A stretch of 64,000 nt of DNA, from assembly GCA_963702845.1 (NCBI GenBank), contig OY969763.1, positions 96,001 to 160,000 on the forward strand, in the 5' to 3' direction. Under the pieces are notes generated by a model. The model was given only the letters and a program-made list of their open reading frames with translations. It had not been told where the DNA came from and did no database searches. The DNA comes from an uncultured Verrucomicrobiae bacterium. Lineage in GTDB: Bacteria > Verrucomicrobiota > Verrucomicrobiia > Limisphaerales > Palsa-1400. The position numbers and the translations under genes are program-made. Below, in pieces: positions 55,660 through 64,000 of this stretch. Numbering within the stretch: the stretch's first letter is position 1; every line of letters starts with the position of its first letter.

Positions 55660-57465
55660 TCATTTGGATCCGCTGTAAAAGCCCGCGTAAATACCGCCTT
55701 GCGCGAGCAATTCTTTTTCTGTGCCGATCTCGGCTATTTGGCCAGCCTTTAACACGACAATCCGATCGGCCCAACGAACCGTCGATAACCGGTGGGCGAT
55801 GATGAAAGTTGTTCGGTCCTTCATCAAAGCACGCAACGCATGCAGCAACGCATCCTCGGTCTCAGCATCCAACGCGCTGGTCGGCTCGTCCAAAATCAGA
55901 ATCGGCGCATCTTTCAATAACGCTCTCGCTATGGCGAGCCGTTGGCGTTCGCCGCCGGACAACGTCGCGCCACGTTCACCAATGACAGTGTCGTAGGTTT
56001 GAGGCAGCTGCTGAATAAACGCATCAGCATTGGCTGCTTTGGCAGCAGCTTCGATTTGCGCACGCGTTGCGTGGGGAGAGCCGTAGGCGATGTTCGCGGC
56101 GATGGACAGCGGAAACAAAAAGGGCTCTTGAGAGACAATCGCAACCTGCGACCGCAAACTGCTCAGTTTCACTTCCCGCAGGTCTTTGCCATCGATCAAC
56201 ACGCGTCCTTGCCACGGATCCAAAAAACGCGGAACAAGACTGACCAGAGTGCTCTTACCGGCGCCGGTCGTGCCCACCAACGCAATCGTTTCTCCCGCGC
56301 GCACGTCGAGCGCAATGTCGCGCAGGGCAGGGCGGTCGGATTCATAGCCAACAGTGACGTTTTCAAATTGCACGCGGCCGCTCAGACGCGGCAGAGAGAT
56401 TGCGCCGGGGCGGTCAGCGATTTCCTGCTCCGCGTGTAAAATCTCCAGCACACGGCGCGAGCTGCCGGCCGCGCTTTGCACGATTGCAGACGTGTACATG
56501 ATTGAATTCAGCGGCGTGTAGAGCGAGCCGAGGTAGGAAAGGAAAAGCAAAATCGTGCCGACGCTCATATTTCCAGCCAGCCCATGCCGTGCTCCAATCC
56601 AAAGCACTCCGGATGTGCCAACAGCGGTCGCCAATCCCATCAATATTTTGAACTGCAATTGCACGTTCGTTAACGAAAGCGTCGCCACGAGACTTTCGTT
56701 GAGGTTCGCTTGTAAACGACGTTCGCTTTCCCGTTCGCGACCGAACGCCTGCACGATCGGGATAGCGGCGAACGTTTGCTCGATGATATCAAAACCGCGC
56801 CCCTCAATTTCCTGCTGCTGCCAACCACGCTCCATCATCGGTTTTGCGTAAATGAAAAAGATCAACGCCATGTAAGGAACGATGGCGATCGACAAAAGAG
56901 TCAGCGTCGGGTCGATGCGCCACAAAATGACAAACATCATCACTAATGTGACCACTGCCGATACGAGCGGCAGCATGGCATCTTTGACGATGACCGACAC
57001 ACAATTGCAGTCCGAAGTGACGCGCCGAATGTTATCTCCAACGGATTTGTTCGCGTGAAAGCGCAAGGAAAGATGCTGAAGTTTGGCGAACAAATCGGCC
57101 GCCAAATCATAAACGATACGTTGGCCGAAACTAATGTTGGCATACGCGTCTGCGACTTGAGCAACCCAGCCGAGGAGAAAAATGACAATTGTCGCCCCGA
57201 CGCTCCACAGAATCAGATTGCTGGTCGTCGGCGCGGCGGGAAGCCAATCAACAAGTGTTTTGACCACAGGCGTCGCTGCCTTTCCCTGCAGGACATAATC
57301 GACCAGGAAAACCATCGGCCATGGTTTCAACAAATCGATTCCCGTTTTCAGGAGCATCGTGCCCAGGACAGTCCCGAGCGCGAGCCATCGCCGAAACGCG
57401 TAGGTCGTTGCCCAGATGCACAGGCCGAGCATCGTCGTTTTGACTGTTGGCTTCTCTTTGCTCAT
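55660..57465 (-). CDS. ABC exporter, fused permease/ATPase
   Basis: TM domain, GTTGAGKS, LSGGERQR, ILDEPT. Confidence 0.93.
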   Translation of the reverse strand: MSKEKPTVKTTMLGLCIWATTYAFRRWLALGTVLGTMLLKTGIDLLKPWPMVFLVDYVLQGKAATPVVKTLVDWLPAAPTTSNLILWSVGATIVIFLLGWVAQVADAYANISFGQRIVYDLAADLFAKLQHLSLRFHANKSVGDNIRRVTSDCNCVSVIVKDAMLPLVSAVVTLVMMFVILWRIDPTLTLLSIAIVPYMALIFFIYAKPMMERGWQQQEIEGRGFDIIEQTFAAIPIVQAFGRERESERRLQANLNESLVATLSLTNVQLQFKILMGLATAVGTSGVLWIGARHGLAGNMSVGTILLFLSYLGSLYTPLNSIMYTSAIVQSAAGSSRRVLEILHAEQEIADRPGAISLPRLSGRVQFENVTVGYESDRPALRDIALDVRAGETIALVGTTGAGKSTLVSLVPRFLDPWQGRVLIDGKDLREVKLSSLRSQVAIVSQEPFLFPLSIAANIAYGSPHATRAQIEAAAKAANADAFIQQLPQTYDTVIGERGATLSGGERQRLAIARALLKDAPILILDEPTSALDAETEDALLHALRALMKDRTTFIIAHRLSTVRWADRIVVLKAGQIAEIGTEKELLAQGGIYAGFYSGSK

Positions 57466-59270
57466 GTGCCAGTAGTCGCAATCGTCGCATCGGACGCCGA
57501 CCGAAATTGCAATTTGTGCAAGTGCGCATAGACACCGTCTTGCGCCAATAATTGCTGGTGTGTTCCGGCCTCGCAGATTCGTCCGGCCTTCAACACCACG
57601 ATCTGATTAGCCCTGCGGATGGTGCTCAAGCGGTGAGCGATAATTAAGGTCGTGCGACCGGCCATTAACCGTTCCAACGCTTCGAGCAACAAATTTTCCG
57701 TTTCCGAATCCAAAGCGCTGGTTGGTTCATCGAGAATCAGGACGGGCGCGTTTTTAAGCAGCGCTCGCGCAATCGCGATCCGCTGACGTTCACCTCCGGA
57801 TAACGTGGCGCCGCGCTCTCCCATTATCGTGTCGTAGCCCTCAGGCATGCGCGTGATGAAATCGTGCGCATTGGCCGTGCGCGCGGCCTCCTCGATTTCC
57901 TTCCGCGAGGCGCCTTCTCGTCCCCACCCAATATTTTCCGCTATCGAAAACGGAAACAAAAACGGTTCCTGGAGGACGATCGAAATTTGTGAACGCAATC
58001 CAGCCAATTGCAAATCGCGCACGTCGTGGCCATCGAGCAAGACCCGGCCTTTCAACGGATCCAGAAAGCGAGGAATCATGCTGACCAACGTGCTCTTCCC
58101 CGCGCCCGTGGGTCCAACGATCGCCAGCGCTTCGCCCGGGAGGACTTCCAACGACACATCCAACAACACAGGCCGTTCGGGATCATAACCGGTCGTAACG
58201 TTCTCGAATCTTATGTGCCCTCGCGCGGTATCGAGTGGAAGCGCGTTTGGTTTGTCGACAATTTCCGGCTGCGCATCCAGCACTTCATTAACGCGATCGA
58301 CGCTCGCGCCGATGTTTAGCGCGGTGGGATACACGCCCGCGAGAACCTTGGTCTGTGCCTGCAACGAATTCAGATAAACCAAAAACACGAGCAAACCGCC
58401 GACCGTCAATTTTCCCTCACCGACATAATGAGCTCCTGCCCAGATAATCACGCCGGTGCCAATCGTCGTAATCAGTCCGGAACTGAGACCACCCAGGCTC
58501 CCCAGAAATGTGCTCCGTTGCTGCGCTTCGATGGCCTGGGCGGCAAATTGCCGGAATCGCTCGTTCTCGCGTTCTTCCTGCACGAAAGCTTGCACGACCG
58601 GCATCCCGCTGAGCGTTTGCTGAATGTGCGACTGAATGCGCGTTTCAATTTCGCGCTTGTCTTTCGCCGCCGCTCGCAATCGTTTCCCCAATAACAACGA
58701 CGCTCCGACCATCAACGGCACTACCGCCAATGAAATCAACATCAACATCGGCTGGAGCAATCCCATCAGCACAATCATGGCGATCGTCGTGAGCATGGCC
58801 TGAAACGCCGCGAAACAAACAGTGTGCAACAGTTGATAAACACACCAACTATCGACCATTACCCGGCTGATCGAGTCACCCACTTCACTGCGGCTATGGA
58901 ACGAAAGCGAACGCTGTTGCAATCGCGCGAACATATCGTGGGCTAAATCATTGACTGTGCGGCGTCCGGTCGAAGTCCACCCCCAGGCCAGTGCCGCGTC
59001 TAAAGCACCGTTCAATAAATAAATGACGAGCCCGGCGAGCACGATCACCGGGAGCAGTTTTGCAGGCTCTGTGCTGATCGAGAGGGATTGAAGAACGGAC
59101 TGCAATGCGGATGGCAGAGCCGTGTTACTTAGTAAATGGTCCACGACCAACTTCATTGGCCACGGCTGGAGGGCGGTCACGGCTGAGGCCAGCACCGTCA
59201 TCACCAGGAGCAGAAGAAAACGGCCGCGATAGGGCGAAGCATATCGAAGCAGTTTCAGATAACGGCGCAT
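57462..59270 (-). CDS. ABC exporter, fused permease/ATPase (likely heterodimer partner)
   Basis: TM domain, GPTGAGKS, LSGGERQR, ILDEPT; ATGA-coupled to next gene. Confidence 0.93.
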   Translation of the reverse strand: MRRYLKLLRYASPYRGRFLLLLVMTVLASAVTALQPWPMKLVVDHLLSNTALPSALQSVLQSLSISTEPAKLLPVIVLAGLVIYLLNGALDAALAWGWTSTGRRTVNDLAHDMFARLQQRSLSFHSRSEVGDSISRVMVDSWCVYQLLHTVCFAAFQAMLTTIAMIVLMGLLQPMLMLISLAVVPLMVGASLLLGKRLRAAAKDKREIETRIQSHIQQTLSGMPVVQAFVQEERENERFRQFAAQAIEAQQRSTFLGSLGGLSSGLITTIGTGVIIWAGAHYVGEGKLTVGGLLVFLVYLNSLQAQTKVLAGVYPTALNIGASVDRVNEVLDAQPEIVDKPNALPLDTARGHIRFENVTTGYDPERPVLLDVSLEVLPGEALAIVGPTGAGKSTLVSMIPRFLDPLKGRVLLDGHDVRDLQLAGLRSQISIVLQEPFLFPFSIAENIGWGREGASRKEIEEAARTANAHDFITRMPEGYDTIMGERGATLSGGERQRIAIARALLKNAPVLILDEPTSALDSETENLLLEALERLMAGRTTLIIAHRLSTIRRANQIVVLKAGRICEAGTHQQLLAQDGVYAHLHKLQFRSASDATIATTGT

Positions 59271-59408
59271 TCTCGTGGGAGACAATTTTATTGCTGCATC
59301 GCGCCATAAAGCGATTCCAAACCCATGCATAGGTAAGTTACAGGTTGATCGGAAACTCAACCGTGGGTGTGGCTGGCGGAAAAAATGTTCAGCGCGAAGC
59401 GGACCGAC

Positions 59409-60494
59409 TTAGCAGATGCGCGGCAATTGCTCGCCGGCGAGCATTTCGACAACCCGTTCGCCACCGACTTTCGTTTTCATCGTGACGAATCCGGGCATGT
59501 CGGTGACGACTTCACCGATGATGACGGCGTCGCGACCTAACGGATGAAGGCGCATGGCGGCCAAAACGGCCTCGGCGCATTCCGGAGGAACAAACGCGAG
59601 CAGTTTGCCTTCATTAGCGACGTAAAGTGGATCGAGACCGAGAAGTTCGCACGCGGCTTTGACCTGCTCACTAATCGGGATGCTCGATTCATTGAGATGA
59701 ATTCCAACACAAGCTGATTGGGCGATTTCATTCAATGCACTGGTTACTCCACCGCGGGTTGGGTCGCGCAGCACGTGGATATCTTTGCTGGCAGCGAACA
59801 TGTTTTCGACAAGTCCATTCAGTGGCGCGGTATCGCTGACAATCTGCGTTTCGAATTCAAGTCCATCGCGCACGGACATAATGGCCATGCCATGTTGAGC
59901 CACCTGGCCGTTGATTATGATTTTGTCGCCGGGTCGGGCGTTACGCGGATGGATGTTAATTCCGTCGTGGATTAATCCGATGCCGGACGTGTTGATAAAA
60001 ATTTGGTCGCCTTTGCCGCGATCAACGACTTTTGTATCGCCAGTCACGATGCTCACACCGGCAGCTTTCGCAGCGGCTTGCATCGATTGGACGATGCGCC
60101 ACAGATGTTCGAGCGGCAGTCCTTCTTCGATGATAAACGCCGCCGTCATGTAGAGCGGTCGCGCGCCGCACATGGCGAGGTCATTGACCGTTCCGTGCAC
60201 GGCCAGAGTGCCGATATCGCCGCCGGGGAAGAAGATGGGGCTGACCACAAATGAGTCAGTGCTCATCGCGAAACGGACGTTGCCGTTGCCACTGGTGTTA
60301 TCGATGGAAAACATCGCGCCATCGTGGAGCGGTTCGAGCAGTTCGTTTTTGAAATGGGGCAGAATTATTTTCTGAATCAGTTGCTGGCTCAATTTTCCGC
60401 CACTGCCATGGCCAAGGACGATTTCTTTGTGCGTCGTGATCGGCAGCGGACACGAAAACGAGGCCGGATCGGCGGATGGTATTTCAGACGACAT
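59409..60494 (-). CDS. hypE: Hydrogenase maturation protein HypE
   Basis: HGSGGK, TDSFVV, GTVNDLAM, RDPTRGG, ANEGK, LPRIC C-terminus. Confidence 0.96.
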   Translation of the reverse strand: MSSEIPSADPASFSCPLPITTHKEIVLGHGSGGKLSQQLIQKIILPHFKNELLEPLHDGAMFSIDNTSGNGNVRFAMSTDSFVVSPIFFPGGDIGTLAVHGTVNDLAMCGARPLYMTAAFIIEEGLPLEHLWRIVQSMQAAAKAAGVSIVTGDTKVVDRGKGDQIFINTSGIGLIHDGINIHPRNARPGDKIIINGQVAQHGMAIMSVRDGLEFETQIVSDTAPLNGLVENMFAASKDIHVLRDPTRGGVTSALNEIAQSACVGIHLNESSIPISEQVKAACELLGLDPLYVANEGKLLAFVPPECAEAVLAAMRLHPLGRDAVIIGEVVTDMPGFVTMKTKVGGERVVEMLAGEQLPRIC

Positions 60495-61086
60495 CTTCGG
60501 CTCCTAACGCGACGTGAATCAGGTCCCACGCAATGTGAACGAGAGTGGCGTGGACTTCCTGGATTCGGTGAATGCTGTAGGAAGGGACAATGAAGCAGTA
60601 ATCGGCCAACTCGGGAAATCGCCCGCCGTCTTTGCCGGCCCACGCGATGGTGAGCATCTGGCGCTGGCGCGCCTCTTCCAACGCGTAAATCAAGTTGGGC
60701 GATTTGCCACTGGTGCTGACCACCAAAGCCATATCACCGGATTGCGCTTGCACGCGCAATTGGTTGACGTAAATACGCGAGAAATCAACGTCGTTGCCGA
60801 TGGCAGTCATAGTCGCAATGTCAGTCATCAATGGAATGACCGGAAACGCTGGTCGCTTTTCAATAATTGGATGGGTGAATTCGACGCTGAAATGAAGCGC
60901 GTCACAAAGGCTGCCGCCGTTGCCCATGACGAACAACCGTTTGCCTTGCGAAAAGCGCGTGGCCATGTCCCTGGCCATGTGCTCGATCTGCCCGGCGTAT
61001 TGGCAAAAGAACTTCTGCTTCATCTCAACGCTTTCGTTGCATTTGCGCAGGATTTTATCGGAAAAAGTTTCAGTGCTTGTTTGCAT
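60484..61086 (-). CDS. SIS-domain protein, GmhA-like
   Basis: MGNGGS..DA.H, AIGND, STSGKS.N, RIQEVH; start MQTST at 61086. Confidence 0.88.
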   Translation of the reverse strand: MQTSTETFSDKILRKCNESVEMKQKFFCQYAGQIEHMARDMATRFSQGKRLFVMGNGGSLCDALHFSVEFTHPIIEKRPAFPVIPLMTDIATMTAIGNDVDFSRIYVNQLRVQAQSGDMALVVSTSGKSPNLIYALEEARQRQMLTIAWAGKDGGRFPELADYCFIVPSYSIHRIQEVHATLVHIAWDLIHVALGAEDVV

Positions 61087-62191
61087 ACTCGGGCACTTTG
61101 CTTTGCAAATGACGACCGTAAGCGTAGTAGGCGGCGCATGCTCCTTCGGCGGAAACCATGGTTGCGCCGAAAGGAGTTTCGGGGGTGCACTGTTTGCCGA
61201 ACGCGGGACAGTCATGCGGCTTTTTGATTCCCCTGAGCACGAGACCGCTGATGCATTGAGCAGGTTCGTGCGTGTCAATTTCTTTGACTTCGAAGATGCG
61301 TTCAGCGTCGTAGTCGCGAAATTCGAAACGGAGTTTGTAGCCGCTCTTTGGAATGCTGCCGACGCCGCGCCATTTCCGGTCGCAAACTTCGAAAACTTTG
61401 TTGATGACGTCGCGAGCGGCGGTATTGCCGTCGCGTTTGACGACGCGCGCGTATTGATTTTCAACTTCGGCGCGGCCTTCCTCGAGCTGGCGAAGGGCGC
61501 ACAACGTGCCTTGCAGCAGATCAATCGGCTCGAAACCCGTGATGACAATTGGCACTTTGAAACGGGCCGTGATCGGCTCGTATTCGCGATAGCCCATGAC
61601 AGTGCAAACGTGGCCGGGACCCAAAAAGCCCTGCACGCGGTTGTGCGGTGATTGCAAAATGGATGCGATGGATGGCGGCACAAGGACGTGCGAAACGAGA
61701 ATTGAAAAATTGGATATACCCTGCCGCTGCGCTTGCCAGACAGCCATTGCGTTTGCGGGAGCGGTCGTTTCAAACCCGATGGCGAAGAATACGACTTTTT
61801 TGTCAGGGTTAGCCCGCGCGATTTTAAGGCAGTCGATTGGTGAATAAACGACGCGAATGTCCGCGCCGCGTGACTTGAGAACCAGCAGGTCGTGCTTCGA
61901 ACCCGGTACGCGCAACATGTCGCCGAACGAACAGAAGATAACATCGGGCCGCGACGCGATCGCATGCGCTTTATCGATCATTTCCAGTGACGTGACACAC
62001 ACCGGGCAACCGGGGCCATGGACGAGTTCAACTTCCTGGGGCAATAGACGATCAAGACCGTATTTGACGATGCTGTGAGTCTGACCACCGCACACTTCCA
62101 TCAACACCCATGGCCGCGTTACGGTGCGATGGATCTCGTCGACAAGTTTTTCGGCGAGGGCTTGATCACGATATTCGTCGAGGAACTTCAT
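61070..62191 (-). CDS. hypD: Hydrogenase maturation protein HypD
   Basis: [37 protein letters not shown]. Confidence 0.96.
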   Translation of the reverse strand: MKFLDEYRDQALAEKLVDEIHRTVTRPWVLMEVCGGQTHSIVKYGLDRLLPQEVELVHGPGCPVCVTSLEMIDKAHAIASRPDVIFCSFGDMLRVPGSKHDLLVLKSRGADIRVVYSPIDCLKIARANPDKKVVFFAIGFETTAPANAMAVWQAQRQGISNFSILVSHVLVPPSIASILQSPHNRVQGFLGPGHVCTVMGYREYEPITARFKVPIVITGFEPIDLLQGTLCALRQLEEGRAEVENQYARVVKRDGNTAARDVINKVFEVCDRKWRGVGSIPKSGYKLRFEFRDYDAERIFEVKEIDTHEPAQCISGLVLRGIKKPHDCPAFGKQCTPETPFGATMVSAEGACAAYYAYGRHLQSKVPEYANKH

Positions 62192-62514
62192 AAGACTTGC
62201 GGATTGGGAATTGCCGATCGGGAGTCGAACAAACTGTTATCGGCATTGGTCCCGACGTCGTTTGGTTCCGGCGTGTCCAACTCGCCTAGCTGTTGAAGGT
62301 CGGCGAGCGCTTGATACGTCCTGGCCGCTTCTGCTTCATCGACTTTTTGCAGAGCGAAACCGACATGGACCAGGACGTAGTCGCCAAGCTGAGCGTCGGG
62401 AATGTATTCGAGACAGACTTGTTTGACGATGCCGGCAAAATTGGCTTTGCCCATGCGCACCCCAGTTGCATCGGGAGCGACTTCGATCAGTTTACCGGGA
62501 ATAGCGAGGCACAT
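62188..62514 (-). CDS. hypC: Hydrogenase chaperone HypC
   Basis: [18 protein letters not shown]. Confidence 0.96.
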   Translation of the reverse strand: MCLAIPGKLIEVAPDATGVRMGKANFAGIVKQVCLEYIPDAQLGDYVLVHVGFALQKVDEAEAARTYQALADLQQLGELDTPEPNDVGTNADNSLFDSRSAIPNPQVL

Positions 62515-62529
62515 ATTGAGATTATAGGT

Positions 62530-64000
62530 TTATGACTTTGGATGACACTTCGCGGCGGCCGTGATTTGGCCTAACGCGATGCCGCCGTCATTGGTTGGAA
62601 CGTGTTGATGCCAATATGGACGGAACCCACTTTGTTTAAGTCGGGTGACGGTGCCGGTGAGCAGCAATTTGTTTTGGAAGCATCCGCCAGTGAGGATAAT
62701 CTTTTCTTCGCCGATGCGTTCAGCGATTTGGATGACCACTGCGGCAAGTGTGTTGTGGAACCTGGTAGCGATCGTTTCGGTAGCGACACCTGCGGCCACA
62801 TCATCGAGTAGCAAAACAATCATTGGTTCCCAATCCACAATCAGTGGTTTGCCCTCACGGATCAGCATTGGATATGCGTCTGACGTTTGCGCACCGGCCG
62901 CAAATTCCAGATCCATGGCGGCTTGTCCTTCGAAGCTGGATTTGTGACGCAGACCTATGATCGAAGCAACTGCGTCGAACAGTCTACCCATGCTCGAAGT
63001 GAGCGGCGCATTCGTGTCGCGTTCGAGCATCTGGCGGACTACGGCCAGCTCTTGCTGCGAACAATTCGCAAAAGGCCGAATTTCGCGATGGAGAAGCATT
63101 TCTTTGCCAAAAATTTCGTAAAGCAATCCAATGGCGGAGCGGCACGGTTGTTTCGCGGCCGCGTCGGCGCCCGGTAGGCGAAAGGTTCTGAGGTGTGCGA
63201 CGCGTTCGAAACTTCCGTCGTTCACAGACAGGAATTCGCCGCCCCAAATGGTGCCGTCTGCCCCTAAACCGGTTCCGTCCCACGCCACGCCGAGTGCTGC
63301 GGGTTTCAATTCATTATCCGCGAGGCAAGACAACACGTGCGCATAATGGTGTTGAACTGCCATGACCGGAATGCCGAGTTCGCGCGCATAACTCGTGGAC
63401 GAATAATCGGGATGCAGATCGCAGGCGACGAGATCTGGCTTTGTTTCGTAAAAGGTTTGTAGGTCGGCGGCGATTTTTTTAAATGCGCAATGTGCTTCTT
63501 TGGTTTCAAGATCACCAATGTGCTGGCTGATCACAATGGTGTCGCGGTGTCTCAGCGCCACGGTGTTTTTTAAATGCGCGCCCACAGCCAAGATCGTGTC
63601 GGCGTGAATTGGCGTCGGTATACAAATTGGCGCGTAACCGCGTCCGCCACGCACGAGCATTTCCCGGTCGAGAACACACCGCACAATTGAGTCGTCCGCA
63701 TGTCGAACAATCGGCCGATTGTGCACCAGAAAAAAATCAGCGATGCCGCGCAGGCGCTCGCGAGCTTCCATTTCTTCGGTGCAAATAGGTTCGTCGCTCA
63801 AGTTTCCACTGGTCGCGACAATAGGCCCGTTGAACTCAAGCATCAGCACGTGATGCAGCGGTGAGTAGGGCAGCATGATGCCGAGATTTGGATTATTTGG
63901 CGCGACAGAAGGAGCAATCGACTTTTGTCCGGGCCGGCGCTGCAACAGTACAATCGGCGCTTGAGGCGAGCAAAGTAGCTGTTCTTCGACCTCGGAAACC
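62530..64000 (-). CDS. hypF: Carbamoyltransferase HypF, 5'-truncated by window edge
   Basis: MLPYSPLH, TSGN, DLHPDY, QHHYAH, DGTG, SSMGRLFD, NDGGIALGQ. Confidence 0.95.
   Translation of the reverse strand, partial: VSEVEEQLLCSPQAPIVLLQRRPGQKSIAPSVAPNNPNLGIMLPYSPLHHVLMLEFNGPIVATSGNLSDEPICTEEMEARERLRGIADFFLVHNRPIVRHADDSIVRCVLDREMLVRGGRGYAPICIPTPIHADTILAVGAHLKNTVALRHRDTIVISQHIGDLETKEAHCAFKKIAADLQTFYETKPDLVACDLHPDYSSTSYARELGIPVMAVQHHYAHVLSCLADNELKPAALGVAWDGTGLGADGTIWGGEFLSVNDGSFERVAHLRTFRLPGADAAAKQPCRSAIGLLYEIFGKEMLLHREIRPFANCSQQELAVVRQMLERDTNAPLTSSMGRLFDAVASIIGLRHKSSFEGQAAMDLEFAAGAQTSDAYPMLIREGKPLIVDWEPMIVLLLDDVAAGVATETIATRFHNTLAAVVIQIAERIGEEKIILTGGCFQNKLLLTGTVTRLKQSGFRPYWHQHVPTNDGGIALGQITAAAKCHPKS

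Noticed and set aside
60484..61965. 493-aa ORF as one protein
   Set aside because: N-terminal part is an off-frame overlap with hypD; the SIS protein starts at 61086

Overview
Probably a Verrucomicrobiota chromosome (inferred from protein style, not proven). Four parts. (1) 1-5470: a decayed integron-type cassette array with one canonical attC, several attC remnants, immunity-like small ORFs and an IS110-family element (transposase broken by one in-frame TGA) inserted at an attC right end. (2) 5528-54183: a ~48.6 kb integrated element bounded by a 21-bp direct repeat of the tRNA-Thr(CGT) 3' end, with a related, atypical tyrosine integrase at each end. Its left half (~7-31 kb) is a defence-like island: TM-NERD nuclease, Schlafen/AlbA_2-NB-ARC-TPR protein, an unclassified P-loop NTPase operon, RmuC, a split UDG-like gene, and an unusual DNA-phosphorothioation locus (WYL regulator, dndC, small protein, dndD, DndE-HerA/FtsK ATPase fusion, membrane protein, DGQHR protein) converging on SBD-HNH nuclease, PD-(D/E)xK nuclease and cysteine desulfurase, plus a sensor-less histidine kinase with a REC-adenylate cyclase. 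(3) Its right half (~31-54 kb) is phage-like: repressor, recombination/replication genes, terminase, portal, scaffold, SPP1-like capsid and head-tail adaptor, with no recognisable tail or endolysin genes and many antisense membrane-protein cargo genes. (4) 54163-64000: host backbone (tRNA-Thr, sigma-70 factor, two ABC exporters, hypFCD-SIS-hypE). Best candidates for new biology: the variant Dnd locus co-located with a phosphorothioate-reading nuclease, and the tail-less capsid-forming element. All family calls come from motif recognition by eye; no searches were run.
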